A stretch of 43,122 bases of DNA from Sminthopsis crassicaudata (lineage: Eukaryota): contig NC_133620.1 in assembly GCF_048593235.1 (NCBI RefSeq), positions 291,436,643 through 291,479,764 of the forward strand, written 5' to 3'. The position numbers and the translations under genes are program-made. Positions 12,123 to 32,129 of the stretch are shown in pieces (position 1 is the first letter of the stretch; every line of letters begins with the position of its first letter). The notes beneath the pieces are model-generated. The model searched no databases. It saw nothing but the letters and a program-made list of their open reading frames with translations, and was not told the DNA's origin.

Positions 12123-12499
12123 GTACTGAAAGTACTGGAAACCTGGGCCCCTATGAGGAAATATTGGTCTTTCTGAAACAAAATGATTTCTCTTAAGTGT
12201 ATCCCCAATCTGGATATTTATTTAGGTGAAGTGAGAATATGTAATGTCTCCCCTCCACAACCTTCACTCCCACTTAACATGTGACATTCAGATATTATTT
12301 TATATAACAAATTCCAAGGTTTGAGTAGGTTTTCAGTGAAATCACAGTAATTCCCATAGGAGATTCCTTTCCACTCTTTAACCTCTCTCCCATACAAATT
12401 GTTATGGAGGGGGCCATTCAGACATAGAGTTATCCTTACGCATCCCCATAACTGAACACCAAATAGATATATTGCATTTAAATGAGGCCTTAAAACAGC

Positions 12500-13482
12500 A
12501 CATATAAAATTGTGCATATCCAACAGTGCTTCTACTAGGTCTGTAGCCCAAAGAGGGTAAAGAATCCACACATACAAAAATGTTTGTAGCAGCTTTTTTT
12601 TTTTTTTTAATTATAGTTTTTATTTACAGATGTATGCATGGGTAATTTTACAGCATTGACAATTGCCAAACCTTTTGTTCCAATTTTTCCCCTCCTTCCC
12701 CCCCCCAGATGGCAAGTTGACCAATACATGTTAAATATGTTGAAGTATAAATTAAATACAATATATGTATACATGTCCAAACAGTTGTTTTGCTGTACAA
12801 AAAGAATCAGACTTTGAAATATTATACAATTAGCCTGTGAAGGCAATCAAAAATGCAGGTGGACAAAAATAGAGGGATTGGGAATTCTATGTAGTGGTTC
12901 AAAGTCATCTCCCAGAGTCCTTTCACTGTTGTAGCTGGTTCAGTTCATTACTGTGTAGCAACTTTTTTGTAATGCAAGAAATTAGAAATTGAGTGAATGT
13001 CCATCAGTTGAGAAACAGCTGAATTAGTTGTGTTATATAAATGGAATGGAATACCATTCACAAGAAATAATGAACAGGTTGATTTTGGAAAAACTTACAT
13101 GAACTGATGTTGAATGAAGTGAGCAGAACCAGAACCCTGTATATATAAAAAGAGCAAGATTGTGTGATGGTCAACTATGATAGATTTGGCTCTTCTCAGC
13201 AATGCAGGGATCTAAGACAACTCTAGTAGATTTGGGATGAGAAATGAAAGAACAATGGAGACTGAATACTAGTTTCTTTTTTTTTTCCTAGTGGTTTTTC
13301 CCCTTTTGTTAAGATTTTTCTTTCACAACATGACTAATATGGAAATATGTTTAAAATGACTATACATGTATAACTTAAAAGGCTTGCTGTCTTGAGGAGG
13401 TGGGAGATATGAGAAGGAAGAAGAGAAAAATTTATAACTCAAAATCTTATCCCTCCCCCAATTTTTTTAATTAAAAAGAAAA
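12500..13482 (+). mobile_element. Old marsupial L1 remnant (ORF2 C-terminus and 3' UTR), interrupted by a younger L1
   Basis: Resembles the marsupial L1 end (ctactaggtctgtagcccaaagag...aaaaatgtttgtagcagc; acttacatgaactgatgttgaatgaagtgagcagaaccag; gatttggctcttctcagcaatgcag). A-rich end near 13470-13482. Confidence 0.8.
12594..12953 (-). mobile_element. 5'-truncated young L1 3' UTR, nested in the older L1
   Basis: T15 at 12594-12608 is the poly(A) tail on the minus strand, followed by dasyurid-type L1 3' UTR sequence. TSD: tgtagcagctttttt (12585-12599) and tgtagcaactttttt (12954-12968). Confidence 0.85.
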
Positions 13483-13872
13483 CATCACAGAAAAAAAGTT
13501 TATTTGGTGAGTTGAAAAGCAAAAAAGAGAATTCCATCCTCTCTGCATCTACCCCATCTATAACAAAATAACATATATTCTAGTGAAAGGCAATATCCAA
13601 AACATTGACATAGTTTCTGATCTTCCTCCTTGGCAGAGTTGGGCAAGCATGCTCCTAACCCCCAAAATATAAACAATGATTATATCTGTCCCATCAACCC
13701 AGAGAAGCAAAGAGAATTCTCAACTCCAGACCTTTCAAGGGAAGACTCCTCTGGAAATGCTACTTCCTTCTGTGTTAAGTCAACAGTGACATATTGTACT
13801 GCAGGCTGTATCTACACCTTTTTTCATTCCCTAGTCCAACAGATGAAGTGGGAAGAAATATAACCAGAATCT

Positions 13873-16800
13873 TTATGTTTCAGGCAGTCGAAGAAGAGTC
13901 CCAGATGTGGTACGGACACTGTAGGGGAAGGGAAAAGCAAATAAGATTTATACAATGGCTACTATATAGCTGCAACTATACTAAACACTTTACAATTATC
14001 ATCTCATTTGATCCTTAAAACAATCCTGTGATGCATTTTACAGCTAAAGAAACTGAGGAAGAGAGAGATAAATGACTTGTTCATTATCCCACAGCTAGTA
14101 AGTGTCTGAAACAGAATCTGAACAGGTCTTCCTGAATCCAAAGCATAGTACTCTACTCACTGTGCTGCCTAGCTAGAGGTAGGAAAAGGAAGGTGGGTGG
14201 GGTAGGAGCCAAAGGTAAGGAGTAGGAAGAATTGAGTCTCCATGTTTACAGAAAACTGGGGTGGGCAATCAAAAAGCAAGTCCTATAGATCATCAAGATG
14301 AGGTAAAGCTCCAGTCTTAGATGATTTAACACTTGGCAGTAAGAAGAAAGGGAATAGGTTAGATAGATCCTTACATGTCAAGCAACTGTCCTCCAATTAG
14401 ATCATGTACATGATAGGGAAGACCAAGCCGCACAGACAGAGGAGCCTGTCTGCCTAGGAGCTCAGAAAGGGATAGCTCCCGATACTTGGACTTTCGAACC
14501 ATTCCAAGTACTGCCCGTCGCCCTAGAATAAAAAGAGCAGAGCAGAGTAAGTCACAGAAGCAGGGCCCTGTAGCACACATAAGACACGCAAGACAATGGA
14601 TGTGATCACTGAGCTCTCTTCTAAGTATCTTTAATTGGGACAGGAGGTGAGAAAGGACAAATCTGGTTTATACTTTTGGAATAATTAGAGAAAGGAAAGA
14701 GAAACCAGCACCTTTAACGAAATATTTTACAAATCTTCCAGCTCCTGGTACTGACAGCCACCAGCTCCCAGCATCTCGGACTGTGAGGACTCCAGCATTT
14801 ACCAGCTGCCTAGGATGGGAGTGGAAAGAAAGTGACAATTGACCTCTAGAAATCATCCTTCTTAATCCCTTAACTCCTACCTTAAGGAAAGAGGGAATGT
14901 TATTTGTCTGGGTTCCCTTTACAGTGAGAGAAATAGAAAAGTCCAGTCAATTTCATGGGGGGATATGAACAGCATACTTTTTCATTGTTTAAGTCCTCTT
15001 TCTAGAAGAACAAAAGTTGATTGTTCTCTTTCTCTACTACGTTATAAGGAAAAGGAAATAACCAAGTTTGTACTGCTCCAATACCAGTTTGCTAATATAG
15101 AGATAAGGGTAAGTCACTATTGTAAAAACTTGATGTATCTTTTAGGGTTTTTTTTTAAGTGATGAAATTCAGTTTTGAGAAATCCCACACTCTCATGAGA
15201 TACATCTAACTTTCAACCTTCCCAGATAGTCCAGATAACTCCATGAGCAAAGATGGGAGAGAAAGCATCACTGCCAGGAAAAGAAAGTTAAGAGGAGAGT
15301 TAAAAAGAGTAAGGGAAAAGATTACAATAGGACCATAGATGTAGTTGTCAGTTGCCTGGGTCTTATGCTGTCAATACTCACGTTATCTCACAGTCCCTAA
15401 AACCAAAGGTTTGGATCATCTGATCCTGTTGAAAGCTGAGGTCTCCACAGGCTGGAAGTACCAGAGCTAGAAATTTCTGCACTGTCCCTTCAAATGGCCA
15501 GCCCCTGCAAGATTCCAGGGCCTGAAGAAGAAACAAGAGGGAAAAGCAACTCCAATGTGGCCTTCCACCAAAATCCCTCCTTCCCTCCCCACCCCATTTC
15601 TTTTCATAGCACCTTTTCCTATTCTATTATAGACACACACACACACAATTACTTCCTCTATCCTGCATACAGCTTGTTTTGTACAAAGCTGTTTGCTTAT
15701 TATCTTCCCTGTTAGATTGTAAGCTTCTAGAGGGCAGGAACTATCTTTTTCTATCCACAATGCCTTGCATATTATAGGAACTTAATATTTACTAACACAT
15801 AAAATGCTTTTTTTGCCTCTTTCCTTAATATCTTTCCATTAGTTTTATTAGACCGCAACATTTCCCCAGTCTCTAGTTCCATTACCCTATATACACACTT
15901 TGGTTCTAAAATCTTCAGTGAAGACAATCCCTTGAGCATCACAATCAAAGCCAAGTTGAATGACTCGAATCTCCCCTTGTTCCCGAAGTTCTCTCTGTCT
16001 CAGGAGAGATGGAAAATAAGACATATCAAAACAGCTATGCTTGGGGAGAGTGAGAATAAATTTATGAGGAGGAAGACAGATTCCAGAATAAAAGGGAACG
16101 AGTCAAGACCAGTTCTTTTCTGATGTCTCTCTCAATGTAGAAAAGACCAAACACCATCTGTGTAGTAAAAGGTTAGTAGAAACTAAAAAGTGTCTACTAA
16201 CTAGTTTAACAGTCAAAAAAAAAAAATAAAATTAAGTCTCTCTTCACCAACTATCCACTCAATACTTCTCACTAGTTGGCTGACATCACCATATAATATC
16301 TTTCTCTTTTACTCACACAACAAACTGACACTTTTGCTACTTCTATCCCCAACTATTTTTCGATTGGCCAGTTCCCCAAAACGTGTTTCCATTGGTTCTG
16401 GTTGCTCTTCAAGAGCTGCTGCAGATGGTGCTGGGGCCAATGCGCACCCCCAGATCCCCAAATCCCCTTCACCAGCTACCCCGCCTCTGACCCATTTATC
16501 GGTTCCCCCTCAACCAACTGCCTGGCCCCTGATTCCTAATCCCTTGGCCCCTTGGCTCCCCTCACTAGCTGTCAGGCCTTTCCTCCTCTTGACCAGACAC
16601 CAGTTTTTTGATCCTCCAGTCCTCCTTATTAGCTGCCCCTTCCCTGATCCCCTTCACAGCTACCCAGCCCCCCAGCTCCTTAGTCCCATTCCCCCTACGC
16701 CCATCTCCGGCCTCCTCAGCAGCTGCCCTTAGTCCTTTCTGAGCAGTTGTTTGGCCCTGTCCCGTCCTGGTGCCTCTCACCAGCTGCCTATCGGCGACGG

Positions 16801-17111
16801 TCCGGTCTGGCACGAGGCTGTACACCTGGCTCTTGAGAGCGATGGGAGGCAGCGCGTCCTGGAAGAGACGCCTGGGGAACAATTCGCCCAGTTCCCGAAG
16901 GGCCCTGAGCACCGACCCTGGAGAAGGGGTCTAGTCAGCGACTCGGACCCTCTTCTCTCTGGGCGTCCCGGGGCTCCCCCAGAGCTCCCTCTGGCCTCCC
17001 CGCCGTGTTACCTGACTCACCCTTCGGGAATTCCTCAGCAGCCTCTCCTGGTCTTTGTTGCCTCTTAGACCCGAAGGTTTCTGGGACAAGTCGGGGCCGC
17101 TTCCGGCTCAT
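13873..17111 (-). CDS. STK19: STK19/WHR1 tandem winged-helix protein, 251 aa
   Basis: Coding exons 17021-17111, 16781-16917, 15899-15994, 15382-15521, 14712-14809, 14375-14522, 13873-13918 total 756 nt. The protein starts MSRKRPRLVPETFG, contains LFQDALPPIALKSQVYSLVPDRTVADRQL and LVNAGVLTVRDAGSWWLSVPGAGRF, and ends TTSGTLLRLPET*. Probable AATAAA on the minus strand at 13499-13504. Confidence 0.96.
13960..14175 (-). mobile_element. MIR/MAR1-like SINE, STK19 intron 6
   Basis: atctcatttgatcct...attttacagctaaagaaactgagg...acagctagtaagtgtctga is a reverse-oriented CORE-SINE. Confidence 0.75.
15660..15800 (+). mobile_element. L2 3' end fragment, STK19 intron 3
   Basis: ccctgttagattgtaagcttctagagggcaggaact...cacaatgccttgcatatt...aggaacttaat. 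Confidence 0.65.
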
Positions 17112-17620
17112 GGCCCGGGAGAGGGTTTGTGAGTACAGAAAAAGAGGGGAAGGACCAGGGACGAGAGCCCGGGGAAGGAGGGGTGGGACGGGGGAAGGAA
17201 GAAAGGGGAAGGGGACTTGGAGTCGGATCTTCGGATTAATGAAGGGGCGTTCCAGGAAGTGAGCCCGACACAGGAAGGGGCGCGGTCGTCGGGAGATGAC
17301 GTGAAAATCAGCGAGCTCTCTGGCTAGATAACACGAGGGGAAAATAGGCGAATAAGGACCTCTAGGTAAGTGAACATTCCTATTACGCTCCTCCCGTAAG
17401 AACCTTGACTAGATATTTTGGGCAATTCTGTAGCTGTCGCTTCCTGATTGTATTATGCACAGATGAAGAAAAGATACATTCCCCACTTTCGGCGCTTACG
17501 GTGCTACCATGTCACACAAACCCATTGCCGGGGGGTGGGGGGGGGGTAGAGAGAATATAGACCCGACCATCCCTCAGCCCTCCGCCTCCGTCCCCGCCCC
17601 GAAAGAAAGTTGGTCTCACC
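16750..17620. promoter_or_regulatory. CpG island and bidirectional promoter for STK19 (-) and DXO (+)
   Basis: High CpG and GC content. ETS-like CAGGAAGT (17253-17260), CRE/ATF-like TGACGTGA (17297-17304), and a strong AG/GTAAGT donor at 17366 that probably ends a non-coding DXO exon 1. Boundaries are approximate. Confidence 0.8.
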
Positions 17621-17989
17621 TAGACCCTGCAGCTACCTGGAGGGGAAACACTGCAGGTGTGGAGGGTGGTAAGAGGTGGGGCGGTGAAGGGGAGTACAGG
17701 GAAGGAGCAGAGCGGGGCAGAAGTCAGAATCGAGGCCCAGAAGTCCAGATGGGCCAAGACTCCAGAAGATGGGGAGGATTATTGGAGCAAGGCTGAGGGA
17801 AAGTTCACTAAATATCCCCCAGAGTTGGAAGTGTGCAAGGGAAAAGGTAGAGGGCAGGAGGTAAGAAAAGGGCTCCTCCCCCCTTTACTCTCCTTGGATG
17901 TGCAGATGTGGGTGTTTGCCTTCTCACTCTGGCTTGAGTCTATGTGTGTGGTGAGGGAAAAGGTCTCATCTTTGCCCCTGCAGGAGACA

Positions 17990-20034
17990 ATGGAGTCTCA
18001 GAGTGCAAAGCGAAGAGCTGGAGAAATGAAAGATGGGGGGACAGAGTGCCCCACCAAACGGACCCTCCATGCCTCTTCACTGCCCACGGATGCTTCCCTC
18101 TACGTGGGCTCCTTCCCGTTCTACCGTCGCCCTACGGAACTGGGCCACTTCTCCCTGGACGCCGAGCGCAGCTACCACGGAGACTCTCGGGCACTGCGTT
18201 ACTTTGCTCCTCCCCCAACCCACAGTTCTGCCCCCGATTTCGACCTCCGGGAAGGCTACCCTGAGCGCTACCGGCCCCGAAATGAGGAGATCAGAGAGGG
18301 GCTGGATCACCTACTTCGCTGGCTCCTGGAGCACCGAAGGCAGCTGGAAGGGTGAATACACAGAGGCCACCTCCCCCTGAAAATCAGGAAACCAGGCACT
18401 AAGCCTGGGTCACCGTCCTTAGATTGTTATTTGGGGCAAGTTACATGACATTCCAAGTTGTAGTTGGTTGCCTCATCTGTAAAATGAAGGGTTTGAAACC
18501 AGAAGTTTTCCAAGATCCCACATAGAATAAAGGTAGAGCCTGAAACAAGTCCAGAATACACATTTTGCCTCATGGTTCTTTTTGGCCTTAGTCTTCCTGG
18601 TTACCTTGAAATGGCATTCCTCAATACTTCCTTCTCTGGCCATATTTTTTTGAGGATACCTGAATCTTGACATTTTTAGAATGGATTCATCTTCTATCAG
18701 TTTTCCCCTAAATTGACTGTCAACAACACATCTTCACCCCTTCACAGGGGCCCAGGCTGGTTGGCAGGGGCTGTGGTGACATGGCGAGGGCATTTAACAA
18801 AGCTGTTGACAACACCCTATGAGCGTCAAGAAGGTTGGCAGCTTGCAGCTTCACGTCTTCTCGGTACTCTTTACCTGAGTGAGGTGGAAACACCTGCTGC
18901 TAGGGCACAGAGACTGGCTCGTCCTCCATTCCTACGGGAACTCATGTACATGGGGTACAAATTTGAACAGTACATGTGTGCAGGTGAGAGTTTTGATATG
19001 GATGTAAACTAGTGCTATGATGACTTTTTTTTTTTAATCCAGACCTGATCTTAAGAGCTTTTTCTCCTGTGGCTTTTCCTCTCTTGTAACATCCTCTTTT
19101 CCCTCCTACAGACACACCAGGGGGCTTTCCTGATCCTTCTGGAGAGGTCAATACTAATGTGGCATTCTGCTCAGTGTTACAAAGTCGATTAGGAACCCAT
19201 CACCTGCTCTTCTCTGGAGAGGTGGACTGCACAGACCCTAAAGCTCCATCTACACAGCCACCTGCCTGTTATGTAGAACTCAAGACCTCGAAAGAAATGC
19301 ACAGCCCTGGCCAGTGGAGGAGCTTCTACCGGTAAGAGCAACACAGCTGAATTGATAAAAAGACCAAATAGTCCCTGTTTGGTGGAGTCTCTAGTGATCT
19401 TTTATCTCATGCTTCCCAGACACAAACTCTTGAAGTGGTGGGCTCAGTCATTCCTTCTTGGAGTTCCACGTGTAGTTGCTGGCTTCCGAGATCCTGCAGG
19501 TGCTGTCCGATCACTCAGAACCTTTCCCACCATGGAGATGTTTGAACTCGTCAGGGTAATAATAGGTGACTTTATACTGCTCCTCAGCTTTTTTTTTTTT
19601 TTTTTAATTGCAGGACTTTCCCTTACCTTCACTTCCTGGAAATATTAGGTCGGAAATACTAGGTGATCTAGTCTCACACTATGTTCCCATCTACTTATCT
19701 CTATACTCAGGCTGACCGAGAAGGTTGGAATCCATCTGTATGTATGAACTTTTGTGCTGCTTTCCTCAGCTTTGTCCAAAGCACAGTCACTCAAGATGAC
19801 CCCAGGTGAGGTGTCTAGTTTTACTTCTCTTTAAGACCTAGGCCTGTGAATACCCAGTTCTTACTTATCTTCTACTCTAACAGGCTTGTTTACCTCTTCT
19901 CCTGGGAGCCAGGTAGCCCTGTTACTGTGTCTGTTCATTATGATGCTCCCTATGCCTTTCTGCCTACCTGGTATGTGGATGCTATGACCCAGGACTTCCC
20001 TTCACCTCCTAAGACAGTCTGCCCAGGGGATTAA
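17990..20034 (+). CDS. DXO: DXO (DOM3Z) decapping and 5'-3' exoribonuclease, 399 aa
   Basis: Coding exons 17990-18351, 18748-18983, 19112-19331, 19420-19555, 19711-19805, 19884-20034 total 1200 nt. An acceptor at 17983 lies just before the ATG. Family motifs: WRGHLTKLLTTPY, GYKFEQY, catalytic GEVDC and VELKT, KLLKWWAQSF. AATAAA at 20089-20094. Confidence 0.97.
18380..18520 (+). mobile_element. MIR/MIR3-like SINE, DXO intron
   Basis: ggggcaagttac...gcctcatctgtaaaatgaagggtttg is the CORE motif. Confidence 0.65.
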
Positions 20035-20316
20035 TTTCTCCAGAGGATTGATCAAAAAGAGGCTGGTCCCTCCTTCCTACACACACAAAATAAAAGCATA
20101 AAGCAAATTCTTTAACTATCTGGTGCTCATTTTTGTTTCCCCTTAATTAACTTGGCAGATTGCCAATTCAGAAAGAAATACTCTACCCCCCCCAGGTTAA
20201 AACACATTAGCATGCTTTGCTGCTTTATTAATTTTTAAAAAGAAATTGGTTCTTCCATGGCCCATTCTTTGGTAGAGAACCATGGAGAAACCAGTAGGGT
20301 ACAAACTACAGAAGGG

Positions 20317-30905
<10,589 letters not shown>

Positions 30906-31482
30906 AGTGCAGCTTCCCACAGTCTTCGCGAAGCCGGAAGTGCTTAGAAGACCGAAGCTCTGGAAGTCCCGCCCCTGGCATGGCGGAAGTTGCCGCGTCC
31001 TGCGTGATTGACGTCATAAGAGAGAAGGGCGGAAATGGCTTCAGGCCGAGAAACAAGGCAAGTAGTGGGGAAGAGTGTAGAAAAGAAACAGTGCCGGAAA
31101 TGGCGCAAGGCCTAAAGGGAAGTGCCTTCCCCTCCGGCCGCCTAGGTTACAGAGCGTACCAGTTCCAGATCCCTCCCCTAAACGTCATCATTCTGCGCCC
31201 GTCTGGTCTTCCCGAGAGGGCAGAGGGAATTGCTGCGGTGGACCGTGTAAAGGAGATAACGTCTCCCTTTTCTGGTGAGAACCCTCCCTCCCTCCATCTC
31301 TTCGGCCTACGGCTCTTTATGTATTCCTTTCTCGTTGCTATGGTGACATGGCGGGAATTCCAGCTCGAACCCCGGACGTTCGGAAACCCCTGTTGTTGCT
31401 ATGATCACCACCTTCGAGTGGCCCGAGTTCGAGCACTGTTGCCATAGTAACGATGTACGTGAGGGTTGGGGATATTCCAGGA

Positions 31483-31625
31483 GAGAGCATTTGTATATTG
31501 TTTCACCTAATAAACTCACGCCCCTTGAGGACAGGAAAAGGTTTTGCCATTCGTCGTACTCCCGGCGTTTAGCACAGTTCCTGGCCCATAGTAAGCCCTT
31601 AATAAGCGCTTATTGATTTGACTTG
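31483..31625 (+). mobile_element. L2 3' end fragment, NELFE intron 1
   Basis: ccttgaggacagg...tttagcacagttcctggcccatagtaagcccttaataagcgcttattgatttgact. Confidence 0.7.
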
Positions 31626-32129
31626 AGAATGCCCTTCCAACTAGGAATAGGGGGAGGGGGATGGAGAAAAAAAAGATATTTTTAAATCTTTGGGAAACAC
31701 TATACCGCTTACATTCTAACTGAAGAGCATCTTCCTCCAAAATGATTTTGTGCTGGAATTCAAACATAACTTGGGCCTTAGTCCTGGCTTTGCCACAAAC
31801 TACATTTGCCGCCTCACACAAGCCCTTCTCTTTTGAGAACCTGTTTCCTCACATCTAGAGTAGATGAGAGTCAGACCAGGTGGCCTTCGAAGTTCTTTGT
31901 TTGGGGAGTCCGTGACTTGGCTGTCCCAGGGTTCTCCTTTGGAGTCCAGGGATGTCCCGCATGAAAGCCACTGAGAGGCCAGAGCAGGCCATGGTTAATG
32001 GAGATGTCTCGATACCATAGGCCCTAAGGCTGTGGGATAGAAAGATAAAAGATACTCCCTTGGATACATTGTTTTGCTTTCCAGTTGCGTCTCTGGAGAG
32101 CCAGACCTGGCTCAGATCTGGGAACTGAC

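Noticed and set aside
14371-14376. Apparent premature stop in STK19 (LLDM*)
   Set aside because: The TAA is inside the donor AT/gtaagg. Splicing to 13918 restores IVRTTSGTLLRLPET*.
16334-16732. 132-aa Pro-rich ORF antisense in STK19 intron 2
   Set aside because: TTG start and composition driven by C-rich sequence; no homology recognised.
17657-17989. 111-codon in-frame extension upstream of DXO (ORF 17657-18355)
   Set aside because: It starts at GTG and resembles no protein I recognise. A good acceptor (tttgcccctgcag, 17983) lies just before the homologous ATG, so this is most likely intron 1. Two in-frame ATGs would matter only with intron retention.
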